Assembly: GCA_964270895.1 (NCBI GenBank)
Contig: OZ185437.1
Length of the DNA: 64,000 nt
Direction: 5' to 3' (one strand)
Origin: Podarcis filfolensis
Lineage: Eukaryota
The notes under the pieces were generated by a model. That model did not search any database and was not told the DNA's origin. It saw nothing but the letters and a program-made list of their open reading frames with translations. Both the position numbers and the translations under genes were made by a program. Positions 1 through 10,782 of the stretch are shown piece by piece; positions within the stretch are counted from its first letter, which is position 1; every line of letters begins with the position of its first letter.

Positions 1-901
1 GTTCAAATGAGTTCGCCAACTCCTCTTTTCATTTGTTAAACAGGAGGGCTGCTGCTTCAAACGTATCATTTTTCTAAAAATAAATTTTGCCCTCAGCTAA
101 CTCCACTATGAGCAGCATTAGCTGTGTGTGTTTGGATAGCAGAGAGGGCACTCATAATAATGGTGAGGGATCTTTCAGCTCGTGACATGGATGTCATGAC
201 TGGACCAGGGCTGCACCTTAAGCGATAATTGTAAATGGCAGTGACTACAGACAAAATGGAAATAAAAGGAAATGACCTTGGTGGCATTCTTGCTTTTGTT
301 TTGCTTTGTTTTCTTCCAGCAAGAGTGATAATGCAGCATGCCTCGCTTCTTCTTTAAATGGAGCGTCGCAGCCTAAAATACATTCTCTGTCATATGAATA
401 TGCAATGTAAATGTTTTAAGCAGTTGTTGAGCATTGGCACAGAGCTGGTCACTGGGAAAAGACCAGCTTGAAGTGAAGGGGGTTGGAAAACATGGCAAGT
501 GCATCAGGAATTATACAACAGGAGGGGAAAGTGTCCACTGATTTTGTTTGGGGTGCTGGGAGCATCATAAATGAGCACACTTTCCTTTCCTTCAGCCATG
601 CCATTTAGAGGAACAACTACTTTGGCTTTGAGTTCATGACCCTCCTGAACCAACAAACAGACTGATGAGCAGATGGCTATGCTGAAAGGCACCCTACTTT
701 CTGCATGGGCTGAGCTCACCGCTGGGATAACTCAGGCAGACTGGGGAGAAGGCTCAAAAGGCTGTTCTGCAGATGCTTCCAAGGGCTGCGCCTTTCCCTG
801 TTCTTTCAGTATGCAAAGTGGCTTTTGTAAAGCTCTCTCTCTTTCTCTCTCACTTCCCATTATTCAGTTCCAGAGCTGTCCCTACTGTTAAGCAGAGTGA
901 G

Positions 902-922
902 ACTGCTGTCCCAGGTGCTGGC
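902..922 (-). promoter_or_regulatory. RE1/NRSE (REST-binding) element, canonical spacing
   Basis: The minus strand reads GCCAGCACCTGGGACAGCAGT against consensus TTCAGCACCACGGACAGCGCC. Both cores (CAGCACC and GGACAGC) are exact, with the canonical 2-nt spacer. Confidence 0.7.
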
Positions 923-2129
923 AGAGTGGGGGCAGGACCAACTGCTGTTCCTCATGAGTTGTTTCCCTCTGCTGGAGAACATATTTGTGTGTGGACATGC
1001 AGCCTACCCAGTCCACCTTAAAAAAGCCTGGAGCCCTCAGATGTTGAAAATAATAGTCCGATCATATTTTGGGATCACCTAGCTTTAGGCAAAAACAAAC
1101 TGAGGGAAAGGTTATCTGAAGTAAAAAGTGGGGCTGATGTGAGGCGGTTGTGACCATTTAAATTATCTCAGCAGCATATTTTTTTTCAAAGGGCCATCCA
1201 AAAATCTAGGTATCTGGAAGGAAATTTGACAACTTGAGGAAAATTTGACATTCTTTCCCTTTCATACTGTTTTTACTGCATTTACAGATCATAATTCATG
1301 CCATGTTGGATGGCATATGCAGACAGGCTCCTGTCACCCAACAGATTTGTGTCTGCAATTTGAATTGGAAGGGAAATGTCATTATGTACTGAAATGTCTG
1401 CTATACGATGGGCCAAGAGAAAAAAATGCTTGAGAAAGATTTTGTCTAGGTTAACAACTTATTCTGATAGAGAAATCCTCTGTTTTTTATCAGAAGATTT
1501 TCATCCTTTTGTAGCCGATGAAATAGTACTGTATGCTTCAGTTACAAGGAAACTCCAAGTGAACAAAATGGAAAGCACCAGGGCAGATCATGTAGGGGAC
1601 TCCTCAGCAGATAACAGATCTTTTTAATTTGGTTTAAATGGAGACTATATTGGGCTGGTTAAAATAACCATAGTTATATATATATATATATTGCTCTATA
1701 GTCATTTATGTAATGTAAATTTTATCTTGATTTTTTATCTGGAAGTTGTCAAGGCCAAGGGCTATTGCAGACAACAGTTGGTTTTGCAAGTGGAAAAGAG
1801 AGGCACTTTTCTTTGTCTGAGGCCACGAAATGTTGGACTGCTAGGTGTTTAGCTGAATGAAGTGGTAGAATCCTGAAGTGGTAGAATGAATCATATCACT
1901 TCAGGAAGATCAGGCTGCAGGTGCCATTTCTGTCAAAAGTAAAGTAAGTTTAATGGCTGCCATTGGGGTGTGGCATAACACAAAATGGCTGCCATGAAGG
2001 CATGTCAGAAAGGCTGAGCCAGTGTAAACAGAAGTTGAGCAAGAAAACCAAACAGTCTCTCATGACTTGTGGTTTTTTGAGGGGATATTTGGTGAGTCCT
2101 TTTGCAGGTGTCATAGGAGGCACTAGATG

Positions 2130-2267
2130 CAGCGGTTCTCAACCTGTGGGTCCCCAGATGTTGTTGAACTACAACTCCCATCATCCCTGAGCTCTGGCCT
2201 TGCTAGCTAGGGGTGATGGGAGTTGTAGTTCATCAACATCTGGGGACCCACAGGTTGAGAAAGGCTG
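2130..2267. mobile_element. Palindromic non-autonomous hAT-type MITE (URR1-like), 138 bp
   Basis: 59-bp inverted arms (2130-2188 and 2209-2267, 4 mismatches) starting CAG and ending CTG. Flanks are CACTAGA(T)G and CACTAGAG, an 8-bp TSD with a 1-nt insertion on the left. Confidence 0.8.
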
Positions 2268-4594
2268 CACTAGAGGGAACAAGAGCACCCACGGGCACTG
2301 TGTTGACAACCCATTAAGACATTTTACAAACATATATGCATACATATATTCACCTGAGACTTATTTTCATCTGAGGCTTCAGACTGCAATATCCTTTTTG
2401 ATAGAAAGATTTGTTTTTAACAGCTGTGTGACATAAATCAAATAGGTGCAGATTTTTCTGGCATGAAAATGTCATGATGGGAAATTTGCACTGTTGCTAT
2501 GCATTTCATGAAACTGTTGAAGGTGTTGTGTGTCAGTCAGGAAATAAATACACCCATGAAACATCTGGTGTAAGAAATCTGATGGAACAGAAGTGTACTA
2601 AACAGCAGTGCTAAAACTTAGAATAAAAACAGTGGCAATCAACACAACCACAGTTGGTGGCGCAAAGGAGTGAACAAAAGATGTTACTGAAAGTTGCTCC
2701 TTAGCTCGGCAACTCCCTTTTTAGGGGTCCACCAAAATTTATATGCAGATCCTTAAAATGAATCACAATGCTAACTTTTCAGCAGGCATTAATGGCTAGA
2801 AATAGGAATGTGGTCTTAATGTAAGTAGTTTTAGTGTATATTGCCTGTCCTGAGCCTTAAAAAAGGGATCTTCTGGTACAGAAATCAATGGTTGGCTTAC
2901 TTTTTGAGTTTCATTGAGGTAGAGATCACAAGGCTTAGAGACATTTATTATTTGTAGACCATTTGAGCTAGGCATGAACTCACCTGAACCTTACTGCATT
3001 TCCTAAAATGGAACTGCACATTCAGAATCTACATGTTTGCTAAGAGCAGAATGTCTATTAATTTGCTCATTTGGCAAAGCTGTAAGTATAGGACCACAGG
3101 AACAGCTGACACATAATCTTCCTGAAAATATGCAAATGCATACTTTGTATCAAGCGGGGAAGCAAGCTGAAAGCCTGAAGCCTAGGTTAAACCACATTCT
3201 GGTTGTCCATGAGCCCTTTTCAGGTGTCAGCCTAAAGATGTGTCAATAGAGGAGCAGGACTGTACATCCTAGCCCTGCCTCCAGTATCTCTTCCCCTGCC
3301 AAGTGTAGCCTCAGAACTTTGCCCATTGGGTAGAAGGACTGAACATTCTTTGCCTGTTCTACTGAATGCATTTAGAAGACTCCCTGTGACTGGGAATGCC
3401 AACCAGACTTAGATTCCTCCATATTTTCATACTCATTGCAGAGAGCTTGGGAGTGGAACTGGTAGGGCTGGTGGATAGAGAGGAGTATGTGAGTCTGTGT
3501 GTAAACTAGCCTCTTTACAAAGGTAAACATTTGCTTTGGTTGCTCCACCCACTTTTGCTTCTGGCCCCACCCACCACTGTCAGGTGGTTCATTAAGGAAT
3601 GTGGTCTTAAGGCTGAAGAGGGTACTCCAACTCTGTTCTACAGAATATTGTAACATTGATGATTGTGCACAAATGCTTATTATAAAATAAACATCCAAAT
3701 TAGTTGTTATTATCTGTGAGAAATAATAGGCACATCCTTCTGAATCATTCCTGGATCATAAAATCCCTTTTAAATTGATGGGACTTTAAAACAGACAACT
3801 GTGTCTGATTGCAAACAAAGCAGCAGGTCCATACAAGGATCAAATTCATTCTTACCAGGAATATTGTGTAAGGAACATTTTAATAGATTCATGTGCTCCC
3901 ATTCCTAGATAATTATCTTCCAAAGTGAGTGACACAAAGAATGATTACTTTCTTTTCACCCTAAACCATAATGACCATGTATGCCAGCCCATGCCCAAAG
4001 CACCAGATAATTGGGAAATTAAATACAATTAGCAAACATACTTGAAAGAAAGAAATGCAGTGTGGAAATTGAAATGAACTTGAGGCTAGGATTAAAGGTG
4101 ACCTAGAGAAATCTATTGCTCTTGTACATTTATTCTCACTGTTGGCCCATTATCTCAGCTAAAGTATTTTGGCAGGGCTCCATCCAAGCCGAACAAACAA
4201 AATGGCAGCAAAGGATTTTCTTTTCTGTGTCTATAATATTAGTGTGTCTCTAATGTCACCATAACTTTTTACTAGCAAAGCATATCATAACTTTAAAAGT
4301 AAGAGACCAGATTCATTATTTTTAAAGTTCTGAAGTATGCAGCTTGCATACAACCTGCATTCTCACATGCAACTCTGATATTCCCTTTAGGATCTTCTTC
4401 ACGCTGAGGCTTGAATGCACTCCAAAATATGGCACCCCTGGGGTTAAGAAAGATAGATCAAAGTGTTGTTCTGTATATAAAAAGAAGTATTAGTTTATTA
4501 ATTAAAGATGTTGAAACAAAGACAACTGGCACACCAACATGTGACTTCAGAGATTCCCATAAATAAGCCTATCCACTTATTACCCAAAGATATA

Positions 4595-4814
4595 CAGTGG
4601 TCACTCGGGTTAAGAACTTAATTTGTTCTGGAGGTCCTTTCTTAACCTGAAACTGTTCTTAACCAGCTAATGGGGCCTCCCGCTGCCGCCACCACATGAT
4701 TTCTGTTCTTATCCTGAAGCAAAGTTCTTAACCCGAGGTACTATTTCTGGGTTAGCGGAGTCGGTAACCTGAAGCATCTGTAACCTGAAGCGTCTGTAAC
4801 CCAAGATACCACTG
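4595..4814 (+). mobile_element. Tc1/mariner (Tigger/pogo-like) MITE, copy A
   Basis: TA|CAGTGGTCACTCGGGTTA...TAACCCAAGATACCACTG|TA, with a TA TSD and internal GTTCTTAACC and GTAACCTGAAGC repeats. Same family as 9671, 9894 and 55427. Confidence 0.9.
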
Positions 4815-6118
4815 TAGCCAGAACAAACACATGACATAATCAGAAATCCTGCATTTCAAAAGCATTTTGTAGGCTGCACCCTTCCTTGCCAGATGTCAAA
4901 TGCAATGGGTATATAGGGGGTGGAGAGCAGATGGAATTAGTGCAATGTATTGCTGACCTATATATTGGGTGCTAAGTTGGCCATTCTAATGTAAGAAGGA
5001 GCAGTGAAAGAAAATGTTGGCACACAAAATAGACTTGGAGGAATCACTGCAATGGCACTCAGTTAAATAGTAACAGTAATGGAAGAGATCATATTAAGGC
5101 AATGGTATTAATATGATGGCATTTCCTTGTAGGTGGCAGTGAAGGTAGCAGACATCTAGCCCTCCACAGGTCATCCTTCCCCAAAATTTATAATATTGAT
5201 AACACCACAGGTTGGGCAGATTGTCTCCTTCATCTTAAACAGTGACTCTTTTTAGAATGAGGTACGGAGAACAGCATGCAGCACTTGTAAAAATCAGTCA
5301 CTGCATTCAGTGGGATGCACAGTTCTTGGGAATATCTCCACTACTGGTAGCATCCCTAGTGCAATGCATTGTGCATCGTGTCCTAGTGTAAGGGAGTGGC
5401 AAAGAGATTACTCAAATTATTTAATCTTTTTTCCAGTTCTCTGGTGTGTTTCTGTTTCTTTCAGGCTTTAGAGTCTTGGGGAAAATATATTACCTTTGCC
5501 TAAGATAGCCGCTGATGAAAAGAGCCCACAGGGTAATTATATAGTTTAGCCTCTTGGTGACATGGGGCTTAGCTTTATTCTGAATACAGTAAAGGCTATC
5601 CAGTCAATTGTTACATTCCTAAGAGGGACAACGGCGTTCTCATGTGGTTTCCTTATAGGTGTGCCCGCTAAGCCTATGAAAGGCTATATCATAGAGACAC
5701 CAGCCTTTTAGGGGTTTGTGGGCACATTTGGAATTTTGGGAGTATAATAGGCACCACCCTCTCCTTTTCTGACACACTCTTTCCCCCACTCCTCCCAACA
5801 GTGAGAAAGAGAGAAAGCGCATGAGCACACATGCACACTCACATTCTTTGCTTTCCATGGCAGACAATCTACTAGAATTAAAATGCATCGTCTTGAATCT
5901 GCATGATTTTATACAGGGTCAATCCCCCAAACACCATCAAATTAAAGTTTACAGTGTTGGGAGGGCACAGTAGAACAATAGATGTGGTACTTGCCAGCAC
6001 CACAACAGATCTTCATGGATCTTCGCATTTTTCACATAGGATGACAAAGAAAACAACAAATCACAGAACGTGTCACTGACCTATGCTCTGATGATCGATC
6101 ATTTTGAGGGGATCCATT

Positions 6119-6119
<1 letters not shown>

Positions 6120-6162
<43 letters not shown>
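6120..6162. repeat. (AAT)14 microsatellite
   Basis: Perfect trinucleotide run. Confidence 0.97.
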
Positions 6163-9100
6163 TAGAGAATTCAGAGAATAGCAACATGTGCCAACATGTT
6201 TTTGTACTATAGCACTGCTGGAAAGCACAGAATTGGTGATTGTTTGGGTTTAGCCAATAGAGACAGGTGTGATCTGTCATTTGATAGTGATGGTGGTAAT
6301 GAAAAAGCTATGCAATTTGAAGCGGATCTGCTTTATTGGTTCTATCTTATGCTTATGTACTTTCTCTTTTTCTCTCTTTGGTGCTCTCTCCCTCTCTCCC
6401 CCTTGCTTCTCCCCTTTGGTCACCTCATTTCCTTCTCCCTAAGGCTCCTAGATTGCAGTCAGTCCATCTCCTGCTCTGACTCTTGAATAAAAATCTTAAC
6501 TGCATCAATTATTTCTAAATTAACTTTGCATCTGTGCATAGAAGTTAGCATATGCATATTCTGTGGTTGTCTTTGCCCTCACCTGTTCTGTTGAATAATT
6601 TCTTCTTCCCTGGTGAGGCACAAGTGGCACCTTTGTCCTCTTACCTTAAGGACTCCACTGTGGGAGACCTTGGAAGACCTGAGCCTTCCTGGCTTCATTG
6701 CAGTCGCAGATAACTAGAGAAGGGCAGGAGCCTTTAAGGGGAGCATCATCTTGCAGCACATATGGTGCTGATAGTTAGGGTGTGCCTGGTGCTTCTGCTA
6801 TGAAAGGGTTCTATCTCAGCTTCTTCCTTGCTGGAACAACTTCACAGCTCTGTATTTCCTCAAAGCCTTGACCTGTATCTAGCCTGAACTCTGCCTTCTC
6901 TTGTGCCCAGCCTGAACTTCACCTTGATGTATACCCTGGCTGAGCATTAACACACCACAAAGCAGGAAAATGAACCTCCTTCAGAATGGATCATCACACA
7001 TAATAGGGGTTTTAACCATTCATCATTTCAAGCATATTGTAAACAAATATTGAAAGAATGCAGTGATTTAGATTGCATTAGAGTAGTCTGTGATTTATCC
7101 TCTTCTGTATTATTAAAAGGGTGGCGATTATTATTGCTGATGGTAATGAAACAAGGGAAATAAAGCATCAGAGTATACAGAAATCCAGGAACTGAACAAG
7201 AGACCTTTTGCTGAAGGTTCACACAGACCATCCCAGATGATCTTGTTCCTTGTTTCTTCCTCTATTTTAATATAGCATTTTACTTTGAAATAAAGCCAAA
7301 ACTACATGTAAGGGGGGGGGGGAAGAACTTTTGCATAACTGTACTACAAGATTGCTAAGTGAAAGAAAAATGGAAAAATCTGACTGTTGCATGTTGCGTG
7401 CCGCTCAATTTCTGATCAGCGAAAGACTTCATGGGTTCCAGCACTTACCTTGGGTTTAGTTTCCTTGCAATGAAGACCATGGGAGACTGTGGCATCTTTA
7501 TGATACAATGTTTTATTTACACCTCTATGCAACCTGAGCATAAGATGGAAGGGCTAACAGCATTAACACTCCAACAGATTTTGCTTCCCTATTAGATTCC
7601 CAGGGGAATCCTCAAAGCCATAGTTTTGGATACAGCACACAGAGCAAGCCATGCCTCTCAGTCTCCTGTAAGGATAAGATGGAGTTAGTTTGTTGTCACG
7701 ATCTAGATCTTGCCATTCCTTTCCTTACATCTGATATCCATAACAATTAAAACTGGTCATCACATACCTATGTAATTATTACTATTCCAGTGCTTCAGAG
7801 AACCCCTTTGAGTAGGCATCGTCCAAAAATATTTTGCCCAATGGATAAATCAATGTTAATTTAAACACTGCAGTTGTTAACCTAGTGATACAGGGGTTAT
7901 TTAGAAAACCCTAAAATTTCTACTTGAATCTTTTCACCATTTCCCATGTCAGAATGAGCAACATTCAAGTTATGTATTGTCAGCAGACCACATCTGGCTT
8001 CAACATTTATCCTAAAAAAAGGTTCCCTAATTAGTCACCGGGGTTTTTTTGCTTCAGGACAGGTAAGTAATTGCAACACAATAACTTCTATCTTCCCGTT
8101 TTAATAATAAATGAAGAAACTTGGATGAAAATTATAATTACATTAGCATTCCCATAAGTGATATCTCTCCACCTCAAACACTGAAAATGATTAAGGACTA
8201 GATCATATTGTCTGGCTTCTCTTCTCAGTTACATTATTTTCATCCTGTCCTTAGCAGTAGTTTTGTTTCAGCCACAATCTACTCTTTGGGTTAGCATGGA
8301 CACATTACAATCTATCTTAAATGAAAAGCAAAGCCTATCTATATCTCTCTGTTTGTAAATCTGCATACATGAAGCAAGTACATCAAATTAAAATGAGCAC
8401 AAAAATCTTCATTACAGTTTACCTGTTATATACAAAGCATATCATAACTTCATTAACACCTCTTGGCTACTTTGGAAGAGCAATGAATGACCAAATTCAA
8501 GTACAGAGAATTCTTCCAACATAGAAAGCTTTGCTAAGGTTGCTGACATTTTCCCCATACTTTACATAAATAAATGACTTTCAAGTCTAATATTTCCTAA
8601 ATTTGCATTGCAGCAATTCACAAAAATTGTCCACCTCTCAGCAAATGTTGTGTTGTAAAGCACACCATTCCTCTTTAAATTGTCTTGCTTTAAAGGACAA
8701 GCAGGCGCTGTTTCTTGAGTCCTATGGACCACACAGCCATGCCGCAGGGATAGCATCAGGAGGGAGGCCACATAATGAAGGGGTATCCATGCCTTTTAAG
8801 AGTGTTTGGTGGTCCTGCAAAAAGGGCAGCGCACAGGAGAGTTGGACTGGAAACAGATGCCCAAAAGAACACAGTCCCCCTTCATGCCTAACTAACTTAG
8901 AGCTACCTGTGGCAGTGAACCACTGGCCTTCTTCACTGCTGCCTTGTGGGCCCCTTGTTGGGTCCAAGGCAGCCCAGTTCCCCATTCCTCCCCACTTTGA
9001 GAAATTGCCTCCTCTCATCCATGCCAGCTCAGGACAAGATGAATAGACAGCTTTGCGTATTATTACAGAAGAAAGATTCTAATGCCGTTTCCATCTCGCT

Positions 9101-9544
9101 GCCTAAATGTAGCACTCTACTCAGCTAATGGAGACAGGCGCGCAATCATTTAATTATCATTAAGAATTAATATCTGCTCATAGATGTAGACTGTCAGTTC
9201 CCATGCCTTTGTATAAATCTGTGGTGCAACAGCATCTGAAATACTCTGGACACTTCTGGTCGGCACATTTCAAAAAGTATGTTGCAGAGTTGTGAAGAAA
9301 AGAGCAAAGGAAATCTTACCCATGAGTATAGCTTAGAGTGCTCTGGCTTTGTGAGTTTAGAAAAATAAGGATTTCCGGGGTGGGAGAGTGAAGGAGTTTG
9401 CACAATTATTCATGATGTATGAAGAAAGGAGAGGAAGAGCCTTTTTGTTTGGCTCTCATCTCCTAATACTAAAGCCAATGAAATTGATGATCACTAGCTT
9501 TGGGACAAACTAAAGAAAGTGCATCTGTACACAATCTATAGATA

Positions 9545-9663
9545 ACTTGTGGAATTCACTGCCACAAGATATTCTGATGGCCAGTACACAGTTTTAAAGG
9601 ATGGGTTTAAAAAGGGATTAGACAAATTATTGGAGGGGTTTGTCTGTCATCTGCTCTTAGCCA
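9545..9663 (+). mobile_element. Degraded CR1-type LINE 3' fragment
   Basis: TGGAATTCACTGCCACAAGAT...GGGTTTAAAAAGGGATTAGACAAATT...GGAGG resembles the conserved CR1 ORF2 end and 3' UTR (recalled consensus). Confidence 0.6.
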
Positions 9664-9670
9664 TAATATA

Positions 9671-9893
9671 CAGTGGTACCTCAGGTTACAAACATATTGG
9701 GTTACAAACACTTTGGATTACAGACTCTGCTAACCCAGAAGTAGTACCTTGGGTTAAGAACTTTACCTCAGGATAAGAACAGAAATCGTGCAGCGGCGGC
9801 ACGACAGCAGCGGGAGGCCCCACTAGCCAAAGTGGCACCTCAGGTTAAGAACAGTTTCAGGTTAAGAACAAATTAAATTTGTAACCAGAGGTA
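9671..9893 (-). mobile_element. Tc1/mariner MITE, copy B (reverse orientation, more diverged, last 6 bp of one TIR missing)
   Basis: TA|CAGTGGTACCTCAGGTTACA... The reverse complement aligns along the length of copy C, and it ends ...GAGGTA directly at the start of copy C. Confidence 0.88.
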
Positions 9894-10135
9894 CAGTGGT
9901 ACCTCGGGTTAAGAACTTAATTCATTCTGGAGGTCCGTTCTTAACCTGAAACTGTTCTTAACCTGAAGCACCACTTTAGCTAATGGGGCCTCCTGCTGCT
10001 GCCACGCCGCCAGAGCATGATTTCTGTTCTCATCCTGAAGCAAAGTTCTTAACCCGAGGTACTATTTCTGGGTTAGCGGAGTCTGTAACCTGAAGCATAT
10101 GTAACCTGAAGCATATGTAACCCGAGGTACCACTG
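9894..10135 (+). mobile_element. Tc1/mariner MITE, copy C (full length, 242 bp)
   Basis: TA|CAGTGGTACCTCGGGTTA...TAACCCGAGGTACCACTG|TA, with perfect 18-bp TIRs and a TA TSD. Confidence 0.93.
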
Positions 10136-10223
10136 TATATAAGAAGAACCTCTTTGAAGTGACTCTCCGGGTGGCACAGAACTGCTACAATAGCTTCCCA
10201 GCAGATGAGTCATTGTTGCTAAC

Positions 10224-10226
<3 letters not shown>

Positions 10227-10284
<58 letters not shown>
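10227..10284. repeat. (GA)29 microsatellite
   Basis: Perfect dinucleotide run. Confidence 0.97.
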
Positions 10285-10288
<4 letters not shown>

Positions 10289-10605
10289 GAAGGGTTACTT
10301 CTATAGGCTGCAGTTCCTCAATTTGTCAAAGTACTTTATCTAACTGCCTTTCCCATGGAGTGAGTTTCACCAGCAATTCTTCCAGGGCTGACAATCCCTT
10401 CTGCCTTTTGGCATGGATGCCTCACCCCTGCCTCCTCATCCTCTGGTGAACCCTGTGGCTGATGATGTGGGCACACACACCCCACTGCTGCTGGGGGGGC
10501 AGGTATCCACAGGACGGGAAAGCTTGTCCACATCGCAGGCATGGCAAGGGTGTAACATGTCTGAGTAGGAGATGCGGTGGTGAACAATGCACTCCTCGGG
10601 CCCAG

Positions 10606-10782
10606 ATCATAGAATCATAGAATAGAATCATAGAGTTGGAAGAGACCACAAGGGCCATCGAGTCCAACCCCCTGCCAAGCAGGAAACACCATCAGAGCAC
10701 TCCTGACATATGGTTGTCAAGCCTCTGCTTAAAGACCTCCAAAGAAGGAGACTCCACCACACTCCTTGGCAGCAAATTCCAC
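10606..10782 (-). mobile_element. 5'-truncated CR1 LINE 3' end
   Basis: The minus strand reads GTGGAATTTGCTGCCAAGGAGTGTGGTGGAGTCTCCTTCTTTGGAGGTCTTTAAGCAGAGGCTTGAC...GGTCTCTTCCAACTCTATGATTCTATTCTATGATTCTATGAT, with the diagnostic CR1 (ATTCTATG)n tail. Confidence 0.9.

Noticed and set aside
1122-1138. 17-bp exact match TAAAAAGTGGGGCTGAT also at ~49612-49628
   Set aside because: The flanks do not extend the match, and a single match of this length is plausible by chance in 64 kb.
8603-9046. 147-aa ORF and overlapping antisense ORF
   Set aside because: Non-ATG start, no recognisable protein family and no convincing splice context.
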